The notes beneath the pieces are model-generated. The model saw nothing but the letters and a program-made list of their open reading frames with translations. It searched no databases and had not been told where the DNA came from. Shown in pieces: positions 1 to 9,245 of a stretch of 64,000 bases of DNA. The stretch is taken from positions 769 to 64,768 of the forward strand of contig CAAEBM010000055.1 of NCBI GenBank assembly GCA_900754115.1. Reading direction: 5' to 3'. The stretch is from Bacilli bacterium (lineage in GTDB: Bacteria > Bacillota_I > Bacilli_A > RFN20 > CAG-631). Numbering within the stretch: position 1 is the stretch's first letter; each line of letters begins with the position of its first letter. A program made the position numbers and the translations under genes.

Positions 1-2
1 AT

Positions 3-2135
3 ATGAAAAAAATCATATTGTTTTTATCTTTCCTTTTAATTGTGTCTACAGGGATTGGATATGCAACTTTCATTTTTGATTCAGCAGAATCAAACCTTAC
101 TAAAAATGCAAATGTTCATGTCGATGATATGCGTGACAATTATATTTTAGGAGAATTAAATGATCCTCAGCCAACTGGGCAAAAATACAACGTTTATTTT
201 TTTGCTCAAAGTGATTTTGATCCACAAAGAAATCCTGAAAATACAGGACCAAATCAATATTTTTATGGGAATACATTAGATTTAAAATACGGCAAATTTG
301 ATGATGGTAGCTATTATAAAGTTTTAGAAAATGTAACTGAAATTAAAGTTTCAGATATTATGAACACGATAGGAATTCCTTTTACTCCTTTAAAAGATGA
401 TCGAGGCTATGTATTAACTTTTAATGGATGGTCATTAGATTTTAATGTTGGGAACTATCAAGGTGATAATGGAAACGATAGCGTTACTGGGAATTTTCCT
501 TATGCTAATAGTAGTGTTAATTTAATGTATTTTAATTTATCTTTAGAATCAATCTTTAATGATATGTATCAAGATGAAAATTATCCAAAAGAAAATTCAA
601 ATAGTAATGCTTTAGACATTTATGTTTTTCCTATTTATACAACAGGGAAAGATTATGTAGATTCAGAAAGTATTCGTTCTGCTAATGATGCTTTTCAAAT
701 TGTTCCAAATGGTAACGCTTTAGAAAAAGCAAATTATTTTAACCAAGATAAAAATTTGCAAGAAAGTTTAAATGAGCAAGGAATGGAAGAAGTGCGAGTT
801 TATTCTTATAACACATATTCGTTAGAAGACATAAGTGAATCATTAGAGTTTAGGTTTGCTAAATATAGTTGGGGAAATTGGGAAACGATTCAACTAACCG
901 ATGGAAAAACTAATTTTTTAGAACAAGAAGCTTTAACAATAATCAATGATGAAGGGAAAAGAGTAGGAGCTGGGATTTACAATATTCATGTTTTTTATAA
1001 AGAATGGTACTCCTACCAAATTGGGGAAGGTTCGTTTTCAGATAATGAGATAGAAAAATTTGACCAACTTTTAGAAAGCAGAAATATTCAACGCTATTGT
1101 TCTTTTCAATCTTCTAGAATTAGAGTGAAAGAAATATCATGGGGAATTTATCTTTATGCTAATTTTTATATTGTATTTGAAAGACAATTTGAACCTCAAT
1201 TAATTGGAGGTCCTACTCAAAGTTTAAGCCCACAAATTTCTTCAAATGAATGGCAATTTAATCGAGATATTAATAACCACAATGTTTATGTATTAAATAA
1301 TATTCGTTTTAATGTTGAAACTGAAACAGATTGGTATTCCTATTTTGCAGATTCTAACTATCAATTATCCAATATTGTTTTTGGAATTCAATTAGATAGA
1401 AATGAAAGTTTTAATATGGGGCTTACTTATAATATAGGAATTGCCGGAACTTTGACAGGATATGAAGATTATAATTTTGCTAATTTTTTCTCAAAATTGA
1501 GTGATACAAATAATTTTAAGGATGCAATTCGAAATGTAAAAAATCCAGATCAAGAAATAAATGTTTCTGAAATAACGGGTTATCAAGACAACTTAGCAAA
1601 TTTATTTCGCATCAATGAAAAAGTTGAACAACCAGTTAATAATGAAGAAAAAGCAAGAGGGTATGGCATCTATTCTTTAGCCATACGAATTAATTATGAT
1701 ACGATTACTCCGGGAGATTTTGCTGTTCACAAACCAGCAAGTATTGATGTTTTTGCTTATCGGCAACACAATATCTATATTGCAATTTATGATGTAAGTG
1801 ATTCTTTTCATGCAGATGAAATTCTGACAATTGATAATGGAAGAACTTTTGTACAACCAAAAATTGTTTATGACTCAACGAGTTCTTATTCCTTTATTGC
1901 TTCTAATTTATATTTAGATACATTATTAGATGGTCAAGAAATCTTTTTAAACACCAAAAATACAGCATTAGGAATTGGAAATAGTTTGAGTTTAAGTGAA
2001 ATTATTGAATATTATGAAAATAATGGATACGAAATATATGATCGTGTCAGTGGGCAAATCATTCATTTAGAAAGTTTAAGACTATACCCTTTTAGAATTA
2101 TGAAAAATTATATTTTTCATGTAAGGAGAAAGTAA
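3..2135 (+). CDS. Large secreted Asn/Tyr-rich protein with an N-terminal signal peptide. Its TasA/camelysin-like motif (GIGYATFIFDSAES) follows the hydrophobic core. It is the putative cognate substrate of the downstream SipW-type peptidase.
   Basis: 710-aa ORF from ATG at nt 3. The MKKIILFLSFLLIVSTGIGYA signal is followed by ATFIFDSAES, which resembles the AFNDIKS / FAFFSDKE N-termini of TasA and camelysin. There are no TM segments after the signal. The upstream context lies outside the window. Confidence 0.5.
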   Translation: MKKIILFLSFLLIVSTGIGYATFIFDSAESNLTKNANVHVDDMRDNYILGELNDPQPTGQKYNVYFFAQSDFDPQRNPENTGPNQYFYGNTLDLKYGKFDDGSYYKVLENVTEIKVSDIMNTIGIPFTPLKDDRGYVLTFNGWSLDFNVGNYQGDNGNDSVTGNFPYANSSVNLMYFNLSLESIFNDMYQDENYPKENSNSNALDIYVFPIYTTGKDYVDSESIRSANDAFQIVPNGNALEKANYFNQDKNLQESLNEQGMEEVRVYSYNTYSLEDISESLEFRFAKYSWGNWETIQLTDGKTNFLEQEALTIINDEGKRVGAGIYNIHVFYKEWYSYQIGEGSFSDNEIEKFDQLLESRNIQRYCSFQSSRIRVKEISWGIYLYANFYIVFERQFEPQLIGGPTQSLSPQISSNEWQFNRDINNHNVYVLNNIRFNVETETDWYSYFADSNYQLSNIVFGIQLDRNESFNMGLTYNIGIAGTLTGYEDYNFANFFSKLSDTNNFKDAIRNVKNPDQEINVSEITGYQDNLANLFRINEKVEQPVNNEEKARGYGIYSLAIRINYDTITPGDFAVHKPASIDVFAYRQHNIYIAIYDVSDSFHADEILTIDNGRTFVQPKIVYDSTSSYSFIASNLYLDTLLDGQEIFLNTKNTALGIGNSLSLSEIIEYYENNGYEIYDRVSGQIIHLESLRLYPFRIMKNYIFHVRRK

Positions 2136-2137
2136 AA

Positions 2138-3154
2138 ATGAGAACGATATTAAGCATTTCTGAATTACAAGGAATCTCTTTAGCAGTCTCGATTGCTGTA
2201 ATCCTTTTACTAACACTTTCTTATATTTTGCTTTTTTCTGTTTGGCATTTTTATTACAAAAAATGTATTCTTAAAGGTTTAGAAGATATCAATTTCAAAA
2301 AAGAATTAGCAAAAGAATATAAACGCCACGTCACTTTTAATAAAAACACGAATTCCTTAGAAAAAATACCTCAAAAGAGAAACCAAAATTATTATGATTA
2401 CCAAGTTTTGATTCAAAAAAGAGACGATGCAAACTTTTGTTTAAGAGCATTATTTCGTGTATGTATTAGTTTATTATATATTGTCATCGTTCTCATTTTT
2501 ATCATCGGTTTACAAAGTCGATTAAGCAAAGGAATCACTACCTATTTTGGGAAATCTTACTTAGTGATTGAAACTGGTTCAATGGAAACAATTCATCCTT
2601 CCAATAACCAATTAAAAGAAGAAGAAATAACAAACCAAATTGACCAATTTTCTTTGATTGGAATTGAATCGGCAACACAAGAAGAGATGAAAATCAACGA
2701 TATTTATGCTTTTTATGATCCAGAAGGTAAAATAATTGTCCATCGATTAGTTGCAATTCATTCAAGTGAAGCAGGAATTACCTATCAATTTAAAGGAGAT
2801 GCAAATGCAGCTAGTGCACCTTATGAAACATCTGTTTCTTTCGATAAAATTTTAGGAAAATACAATGGATATCAAAACTTTTTTGCTGGAGTAATGATTT
2901 TATATATTCGTTCAAACATTGGCATGATTACCTTGTTTTTTGCTATATGTGCGATGTTTAGTTTTGATATTTTTGAATCCAAAGTGGTAAAAGTTATAGA
3001 CGATAGAAAAAAATATCTACTCGCTGAAATTTATCCGGCTCGATATAATGTGCCACCTCGGAAAAGAATTCAAAAAAAATATCAATTCATAGAACTAGAA
3101 AATCAGTTCTATGTTTATCGTAAACAAATCATTAAAAAAGTTCAAAATTATTAA
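2138..3154 (+). CDS. sipW: Signal peptidase I of the SipW / Sec11 (ER-archaeal) type, with extra N-terminal and C-terminal TM segments and a basic C-terminal tail.
   Basis: Three boxes are present: GSME (ETGSMETIHP), the His box (IIVHRLV), and KGDANAASAP (the KGDNNAA box of SipW/Sec11). Hydrophobic segments flank the catalytic domain. The start is 3 nt after the stop of the upstream secreted protein. Confidence 0.7.
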   Translation: MRTILSISELQGISLAVSIAVILLLTLSYILLFSVWHFYYKKCILKGLEDINFKKELAKEYKRHVTFNKNTNSLEKIPQKRNQNYYDYQVLIQKRDDANFCLRALFRVCISLLYIVIVLIFIIGLQSRLSKGITTYFGKSYLVIETGSMETIHPSNNQLKEEEITNQIDQFSLIGIESATQEEMKINDIYAFYDPEGKIIVHRLVAIHSSEAGITYQFKGDANAASAPYETSVSFDKILGKYNGYQNFFAGVMILYIRSNIGMITLFFAICAMFSFDIFESKVVKVIDDRKKYLLAEIYPARYNVPPRKRIQKKYQFIELENQFYVYRKQIIKKVQNY

Positions 3155-3273
3155 AATCAGGTGGGCATTTTTCCATCTGTTTTTATATTTAAAAATTCGT
3201 TTTATTGTTTTTTTAAAATGACACACACAGGAAGAAAAGAATATGTTATAATAATTAACATGGGGATGATAAT

Positions 3274-3858
3274 ATGGAAGAAAAGAAACGGATTCAAAGA
3301 GTAATATTGTGGAGTTCAATTATTGCTTTTGTATTTATCATTACAAGTGTAATTTTAGAAATATTTGCTGCTCAAAAAGATTATTTTGGAATCTTGGATG
3401 GTTTAGCAATTGGTTTTTTAGTTCTTGCTTTTTTATGTGCAGTATTTATTATTGTTTATCAACATCGCATTCGTAAAAGAAAAATTGATGCTCGTTTTGA
3501 CTTAGCATTGACCAATCCCACTACTTTTTTTGATAAAATTATTCAAGATTATAAAGAACATAATCTTTGTTTAGAAGTAGAAAGTGATGAAAAAATAACC
3601 ATTACACCCATTATCAACTATCAACAAGAAGTTGCCATTTATTATCATACATTACTAGGAAATAAAAAACATCTTTTGTTGTTAGATGTTTATTTTAACC
3701 CACAAGAATGTGTCATTTTATTTGATGAAGGAAAAGTTTATGAAGAAATTGTTCCTTATGATGGAAATGATACAAAAGATTTTTATTATCAAATTTCTAT
3801 AAAAATTAATGATTATTTAAAACAATATCTCATTGATCAAGCAAATTCGAAACAGTGA
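3274..3858 (+). CDS. Hypothetical membrane protein with two N-terminal TM helices and a cytoplasmic domain.
   Basis: 194-aa ORF with two hydrophobic helices near the N-terminus. No recognisable motif. Same strand as, and directly downstream of, the sipW-like gene. Confidence 0.45.
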   Translation: MEEKKRIQRVILWSSIIAFVFIITSVILEIFAAQKDYFGILDGLAIGFLVLAFLCAVFIIVYQHRIRKRKIDARFDLALTNPTTFFDKIIQDYKEHNLCLEVESDEKITITPIINYQQEVAIYYHTLLGNKKHLLLLDVYFNPQECVILFDEGKVYEEIVPYDGNDTKDFYYQISIKINDYLKQYLIDQANSKQ

Positions 3859-4519
3859 CAAATTCGAATTTCTTTTTTTGTAATGAAGGAATGATGACAT
3901 CTAAAGAAGAAAGCGTATTTGTATACGTTTTGCTTCCATCATGAAATAGTAAAATATCTCCATTGGCTGGTGATTTTAACATAGTTTTGATGATGGTTGA
4001 ATCTGGTGTTTTATTCCAATCTTTGGAGTCTTTATTCCACAAGATAATGTCCATATCTAATTCTTTACAAACTTTTTTTAAAGTATCGGTAACAATTCCA
4101 TAAGGTGGTCGTACAAGCGTCGGTTTGACTCCGATTGCATCTTCTATTAATTCATTATTTTTAACGATGGATTCACGAATTTGTTGTTCACTTAGTTTAT
4201 GAATATTGTCATGTTTAAAAAAGTGATTGCCTATTTCATGACCTGCTTCGGCAACTTTTTTTAACATCTCTTTTTGATATTCTACTTCTTCTCCAAGGAC
4301 AAAAAAAGTAGCTTTAATTCCATATTTTTTTAATAAATCAAGAACTTTAGGCGTTTGAACTTGATCTGGACCATCATCAAAAGTGAGACAAATATAAGGT
4401 TGCAATGTTTTATAATGGGTATAGACATTGGCATAAGCTGTACCATCAATGGTTAAATCTTTTGCATGGCAACTACATAAAAGTAAAAAAGAAAAAATAA
4501 ATAAAGTGATTTTTTTCAT
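3830..4519 (-). CDS. Polysaccharide deacetylase (NodB homology domain) lipoprotein.
   Basis: TFDDGP motif (LTFDDGPDQ). Lipobox LLLCSC. Conserved His residues of the CE4 family. Confidence 0.85.
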   Translation of the reverse strand: MKKITLFIFSFLLLCSCHAKDLTIDGTAYANVYTHYKTLQPYICLTFDDGPDQVQTPKVLDLLKKYGIKATFFVLGEEVEYQKEMLKKVAEAGHEIGNHFFKHDNIHKLSEQQIRESIVKNNELIEDAIGVKPTLVRPPYGIVTDTLKKVCKELDMDIILWNKDSKDWNKTPDSTIIKTMLKSPANGDILLFHDGSKTYTNTLSSLDVIIPSLQKKKFEFVTVSNLLDQ

Positions 4520-4633
4520 AAACCGACCCTCTTTAAATTCTATCTAACACTATGATATGAAATCATTTTCCGTGGCAAAACTCTTTTTTTTATAAAAATC
4601 ATTTTATATAATAAAATAAAGGAAGGATAAACG

Positions 4634-4876
4634 ATGAAACATTATACTTACAAAACAAGTGGAACTTGTTCTAGAGAAATTGCTTTTGATATTGAAGATG
4701 GGAAAGTTTATAACGTTCATTTTTTAGGTGGATGTTCTGGAAATACGCAAGGAGTATCTAAATTAGTAGAGGGCTTACCAGTAGAAGAAGTCATTTTTAG
4801 ACTAAGTGATATTAAATGTGGGTTTAAAAATACTTCTTGTCCTGATCAATTAGCCCAAGCATTAAAAAAATTATAA
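4634..4876 (+). CDS. TSCPD-domain protein (small Cys-containing protein related to the C-terminus of class II ribonucleotide reductase).
   Basis: 80-aa ORF containing the eponymous T-S-C-P-D motif (NTSCPDQLAQ) plus upstream Cys residues (GTCS, GGCSG). A good RBS, aaggaagga, precedes the ATG. Confidence 0.65.
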   Translation: MKHYTYKTSGTCSREIAFDIEDGKVYNVHFLGGCSGNTQGVSKLVEGLPVEEVIFRLSDIKCGFKNTSCPDQLAQALKKL

Positions 4877-4917
4877 AAAAGGTTTAAGATTGCTTTTTAT
4901 GGAAAAAATACGATTAG

Positions 4918-5109
4918 GTGATAAAAATGAAATCAAAAAAAGATCAAGAACTCTATCAAAAAAGACAATTAGAAATTGCCAAATCGTTATATGAATTAGG
5001 TGTAGATGATGATATTATTCAAGCCATTACAAAAATTGAAATGGATCAAGTTTTGCGTTTTCGAAATGAAAAGCAGTCGAGACAAAATGATAAAAGCATT
5101 GACGACTGA
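4918..5109 (+). CDS. Small hypothetical protein (63 aa). It may be a small regulator or may be spurious.
   Basis: ORF with an upstream RBS aggtga. No known motif. It overlaps the metK promoter -35 region. Confidence 0.25.
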   Translation: MIKMKSKKDQELYQKRQLEIAKSLYELGVDDDIIQAITKIEMDQVLRFRNEKQSRQNDKSIDD

Positions 5110-5128
5110 CCCTAAATTATATTATAAT
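5099..5128 (+). promoter_or_regulatory. SigA-type promoter (TTGACG-N18-TATAAT) driving the SAM riboswitch-metK transcript.
   Basis: TTGACG at 5099-5104 and TATAAT at 5123-5128, about 8 nt upstream of the riboswitch P1 helix. Confidence 0.6.
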
Positions 5129-5137
5129 ATCAGCACA

Positions 5138-5250
5138 TAAAAAACTCTTATTCAGAACCACTAGATAGAAGGAATCAATGACGTGGTAGCAACCCTTGTA
5201 AAAGTAGGTGCTTTATCCTCAGCGAAGGCAACTTCGAACGATAAGAGAAA
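5138..5250 (+). promoter_or_regulatory. SAM-I (S-box) riboswitch aptamer in the metK leader.
   Basis: P1 helix CTCTTAT (5145-5151) pairs with ATAAGAG (5241-5247). Internal conserved elements include GGTAGCAACCC and AAGTAGGTGCTTTATCCTCAGCGAAGGCAAC. A terminator hairpin follows, directly upstream of metK. Confidence 0.8.
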
Positions 5251-5267
5251 GCTGATAAAATAGAAAG

Positions 5268-5298
5268 TTAGCTTTCCTCTTAAGGAGAGCTTTTTTTA
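5268..5298 (+). terminator. Intrinsic terminator of the SAM riboswitch expression platform.
   Basis: AGCTTTCCT-CTTA-AGGAGAGCT stem, 9 bp with one G-U pair, followed by TTTTTTT, immediately before the metK RBS. Confidence 0.65.
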
Positions 5299-5321
5299 TG
5301 TAGTAAAGGGAGAGAAGGACA

Positions 5322-6461
5322 ATGAATTTCAAAAAAGTGTTTACTTCTGAATCGGTTTCAGAAGGACATCCAGATAAGTTATGTGACCAAATTTCTGATG
5401 CTATTTTAGATGCTTGTTTAAAACAAGATCCCTATAGTCGAGTGGCTTGTGAGTGTTATGTGACGACCAATCATTTAATTATTGGTGGAGAAATTACGAC
5501 AAAGGCATCTATTGACTATAAAAAAATAGCTCGGCAAGTTATGACTGAAGTTGGTTATACGAATAAAAAATATGGACTAGATGCAAAAAGTTGCAAAATT
5601 GATGTTTATGTAAAACAACAATCCTCTGACATTGCACGAGGTGTGGATGCTAATGGTGCCGGAGACCAAGGAATTATGTTTGGATACGCTACTGATGAAA
5701 CGAAAGGGTATATGCCCCTTCCGATTGTCATGGCCCATAAATTAGTTCGTGTTGCTAGTAATTTAAGAAAAAGTGGACAATTTAAATGGGCAAGACCAGA
5801 TATGAAATCTCAAGTTAGTGTAGACTATACCGACCCAAATCATCCAAAATTATTAACTGTTCTCATGTCGGTTCAACATGATCCGAATTACAAAAAAAGA
5901 GAATTTAAAAAATTTATAAAAGAAAAAATTATGATTGAAGTCGCTCAATCTTTTAATATGAATACCGATTTTAAAGTAGAAATTAATCCGACTGGAAAAT
6001 TTGTAATTGGGGGTCCTAAAGGAGATGTCGGTTTAACTGGTAGAAAAATTATTGTAGATACTTATGGCGGAAGTGCCCGTCATGGAGGCGGCGCTTTTAG
6101 TGGAAAAGATTGCACAAAGGTTGATCGCAGCGGGGCTTACATGGCACGTTATATTGCCAAAAATGTCGTAGCAGCAGGATTAGCCAATCGTTGTGAAGTG
6201 CAACTAGCCTATATTATTGGAAAAGCCGATCCTGTTTCTGTAATGATTGATACCTATCAAACAAATCACATTCCAGAAGAAAAAATATTACAAGCCATAT
6301 TAGAAAACTTTCCATTACAACCACAACAAATTATTGAAACTTTGGATTTAAGAAAACCACAGTTTCAACAATTAGCAAGTTATGGACATATTGGACGACA
6401 TGACATTTCTGTTCGATGGGAAGATTTAGATAAAGTAGATGCATTAAAAAAATACTTATAG
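5322..6461 (+). CDS. metK: S-adenosylmethionine synthetase.
   Basis: GHPDKLCDQISDAILDA N-terminal motif. Gly-rich P-loop GGGAFSGKD. 379 aa, typical MetK length. Confidence 0.97.
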   Translation: MNFKKVFTSESVSEGHPDKLCDQISDAILDACLKQDPYSRVACECYVTTNHLIIGGEITTKASIDYKKIARQVMTEVGYTNKKYGLDAKSCKIDVYVKQQSSDIARGVDANGAGDQGIMFGYATDETKGYMPLPIVMAHKLVRVASNLRKSGQFKWARPDMKSQVSVDYTDPNHPKLLTVLMSVQHDPNYKKREFKKFIKEKIMIEVAQSFNMNTDFKVEINPTGKFVIGGPKGDVGLTGRKIIVDTYGGSARHGGGAFSGKDCTKVDRSGAYMARYIAKNVVAAGLANRCEVQLAYIIGKADPVSVMIDTYQTNHIPEEKILQAILENFPLQPQQIIETLDLRKPQFQQLASYGHIGRHDISVRWEDLDKVDALKKYL

Positions 6462-6475
6462 AGGGGGAATAAAAA

Positions 6476-7504
6476 ATGAGAATTGTTTTAATTGGAGCCG
6501 GAGCGATTGGCGGCTCATTAGCCGCTTGCATGGCAAAAAAAGGGTATGATTTAACTATCGTTGCAAAATATGAAGACTACGCTACTTTAATTGAAAAAGA
6601 TGGAATTGAAATTACAGGAGTGAAAGGAAATTTCACTCAAAAAATCAAAGCCGTAGCAACGGTTTCTGAATTAACAGGAATGTATGACATGGTGTTTGTT
6701 GCCACTAAAGCTTATGATGTAAAAGAAAACTTAATAGTCTTATTGCCTCATTTAAAAGAAACGACAAGTGTTGTTTCTTTACAAAATGGCATTTGTACAG
6801 ATTTATATCAAGAAATGGTTTCTGTTTCAAGAACAGTTGGATGTGTTGTAGGATATGGGGCAACCATGCACCAAAAAGGAAAAATTGAAATCACAAGTAC
6901 AGGAACTTTTGTCATTGGAGCGATTAATAAGGAATTTAAAGGGGATTTAAAGGCAGTACAAGAGTGTTTAGAAAGCGCCTTTGAAACCACGATTGTTGAC
7001 GATATTTATGCTCATTTATATTCTAAATTGATTATTAATTCTTGTATTACTTCTTTAGGCGCATTGACTGGTTTGACGTTAGGTGAAATGATGAAGTTTA
7101 AAAAAATAAGAACAATTTTTTTACAAATTATTCAAGAAGCGATTGCTGTAGCTAATGCTTGTTCTATTCAAGTTCCTCCCTATGGTGGAAAATTAGATTA
7201 TTATAAACTTTATCAACGCACTTCAAAATTTGGCCTATGGATAAACCATCTTATCATTAAAATTGTCGGCAAGAAATATCGTCATTTAAAGTCTTCTTCA
7301 CTACAATCTTTACAAAGAGGACAAAAAACAGAAATCGATTATTTCAATGGCTATATTGCTTCGTTAGGAAAACAAGTTCAAGTTCCTACTCCTTTAAATA
7401 CAACGCTAGTAGAAATGATTAAAGAAATTGAATTGCATCAAAGAGAAATTAGTTTAAAAAACATTGATGAAATACAAATAAAAAAAGAAGGTACAAAGCA
7501 ATAA
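6476..7504 (+). CDS. 2-dehydropantoate 2-reductase (ketopantoate reductase, PanE/ApbA family).
   Basis: N-terminal Rossmann motif IVLIGAGAIGG. About 340 aa with a KPR-like C-terminal domain. Confidence 0.75.
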   Translation: MRIVLIGAGAIGGSLAACMAKKGYDLTIVAKYEDYATLIEKDGIEITGVKGNFTQKIKAVATVSELTGMYDMVFVATKAYDVKENLIVLLPHLKETTSVVSLQNGICTDLYQEMVSVSRTVGCVVGYGATMHQKGKIEITSTGTFVIGAINKEFKGDLKAVQECLESAFETTIVDDIYAHLYSKLIINSCITSLGALTGLTLGEMMKFKKIRTIFLQIIQEAIAVANACSIQVPPYGGKLDYYKLYQRTSKFGLWINHLIIKIVGKKYRHLKSSSLQSLQRGQKTEIDYFNGYIASLGKQVQVPTPLNTTLVEMIKEIELHQREISLKNIDEIQIKKEGTKQ

Positions 7505-7546
7505 AAAATATGCTATACTAAAATAAAGAAGAAAGGAGATTTTGTT

Positions 7547-8086
7547 ATGAAATATGTAGTTGTGAAAAATGGAGTTCGTTTATCCAAAAAAATTGAGGAT
7601 ATCGTCATTACCAAATTATCAAGACTTGAAAAAATGCTTTACAAAAGTGATGAATTAGAATGTAGAGTCGTTGTTAAAAGTCATGGTTCTAAAGAAAAGG
7701 TGGAAATCACGATTCCAACAAAATTCCTTGTTCTACGTAGCGAAGTAGAAGCAGATGATATTTTAGATGCTGTAGATGTTGCTAAAGAAAAATTAGAATC
7801 GCAAATTAGAAAGGTTAAAACAAAATTAGATAGAACAAACTCTAAAACCAATTTAGGCAAAGCCTTTGTGTTAAATGAAATTTTAGCAGAAGATAGACAA
7901 GAAGAAGATGTGTTTGTTCGCACTAAAAGTATTCGTCCTACACCAATGACTTTAGATGATGCAATTATGTCAATGGACGCTTTAGGACATAATTTCTTTA
8001 TTTATCTTGATCAAGAAGATCAATCTGTATCCGTTGTGTATAAAAGAAATGATGGCGGATATGGCGTCATTGAAATTGAAGATTAA
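7547..8086 (+). CDS. hpf: Ribosome hibernation promoting factor, long form.
   Basis: N-terminal YfiA/RaiA domain (ESQIRKVKTKL) and the C-terminal dimerisation domain of long HPF (TLDDAIMSMDALGHNFFIYLD...VVYKRNDGGYGVIE). Confidence 0.9.
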   Translation: MKYVVVKNGVRLSKKIEDIVITKLSRLEKMLYKSDELECRVVVKSHGSKEKVEITIPTKFLVLRSEVEADDILDAVDVAKEKLESQIRKVKTKLDRTNSKTNLGKAFVLNEILAEDRQEEDVFVRTKSIRPTPMTLDDAIMSMDALGHNFFIYLDQEDQSVSVVYKRNDGGYGVIEIED

Positions 8087-8094
8087 AAAATAAA

Positions 8095-8125
8095 AAGAGT
8101 TCTTTCAATAAGGACTCTTTTTTTA
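8095..8125 (+). terminator. Intrinsic terminator after hpf.
   Basis: AAGAGTTCT / AGGACTCTT stem with a TTCAATA loop, then a T6 run. Confidence 0.8.
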
Positions 8126-8267
8126 TAAACAAATAAAATCTTAAAAATGACATTTTTTTTATTTCTTCAAATATTTGTTTAAAATTCATAGTGAATAATG
8201 TTTTTTAAAAAGAGAACTTCTTTTTATTTTATTGAGAATTTGATACAATTAAAATAGGCGAGGTGAG

Positions 8268-9245
8268 ATGAAAATGATTGAAATAATGATTTCTGAAAAT
8301 GAACAAAATAAGCGATTAGATCATTTCGTTCGTCAATATTTAAATCAAGCCTCTTTATCGTATATTTATAAATTATTTCGAAAAAAAGAAATTAAAATCA
8401 ATAAAAAACCGGCCAAACCAGACTATATTACAAAATTAGGAGATGTTTTGACCATTTATGTTCAAGAACAACTCCATCTTTCAAAAGATGTATTAGTTTC
8501 TAAAAATCAAACTTTTAAAGTAATCTATGAAGATCAAAATGTCTTAATTGTCAATAAGCCTATTCATTTATTAGTGCATGAAGGAAATCAAAAAAATGAA
8601 GATAACTTGACAAAACAAGTGTTATATTATCTCATTCAAAATAAAGAGTATGTTTTAGAAAAAGAGACCACTTTTGTTCCAGCTTTAGCTCATCGATTAG
8701 ATAGAAATACGAGTGGACTTGTCGTTTTTGGGAAAAATGCTTTAACGTTGCAAAGTCTATTTTTAGCATTTAAAGAGCATGATTGTTTACAAAAAAAATA
8801 TTTAGCCTTAGTAGCAGGAATCATTAAAGAGCAAGGAGAAATTGAACTTCCTTTAAAAAAAGACGAACAAGAAAAAAGAGTTTATGTTTCTAAAGATGGA
8901 GCATATGCAAAAACGCTATATCAACCCATTCGACAATATGAAGATTGTACTTTATTAGAAGTGACGATATTGACAGGACGTACTCATCAAATTCGTGTTC
9001 ATTTACAAGCAATTGGTCATCCATTAATTGGCGATCAAAAATATGGAAATTCCTTTTCTGATAGTTTAGCTAAAAAATATAAAATGAAAGACTATTTTTT
9101 ACACGCTAAACAACTTCGTTTTATTCACATAGATTCACCACTATCTTATTTAAATAAAAAAAGTTTTGTTGCTCCATTGTTTTTATGGCAAGAAAAGTTA
9201 CTTCAACAATTATCTAAAGGAGGAAATGAAAATGAATGCTTATGA
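8268..9245 (+). CDS. RluA-family 23S rRNA pseudouridine synthase (RluC/RluD-like).
   Basis: Catalytic motif HRLDRNTSGLVVF. S4-like N-terminus. TGRTHQIRVHL motif. Confidence 0.85.
   Translation: MKMIEIMISENEQNKRLDHFVRQYLNQASLSYIYKLFRKKEIKINKKPAKPDYITKLGDVLTIYVQEQLHLSKDVLVSKNQTFKVIYEDQNVLIVNKPIHLLVHEGNQKNEDNLTKQVLYYLIQNKEYVLEKETTFVPALAHRLDRNTSGLVVFGKNALTLQSLFLAFKEHDCLQKKYLALVAGIIKEQGEIELPLKKDEQEKRVYVSKDGAYAKTLYQPIRQYEDCTLLEVTILTGRTHQIRVHLQAIGHPLIGDQKYGNSFSDSLAKKYKMKDYFLHAKQLRFIHIDSPLSYLNKKSFVAPLFLWQEKLLQQLSKGGNENECL

Noticed and set aside
3095-3319. 74-aa ORF on the minus strand overlapping the sipW-like 3' end and the intergenic region
   Set aside because: It is antisense to a well-supported CDS and has an AT-rich, low-complexity Ile/Phe/Asn composition with no RBS.
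6331-7923. Minus-strand ORFs 6331-6531, 6808-6990 and 7681-7923 inside metK, panE-like and hpf
   Set aside because: They are embedded antisense in strongly conserved genes and have no independent signals.
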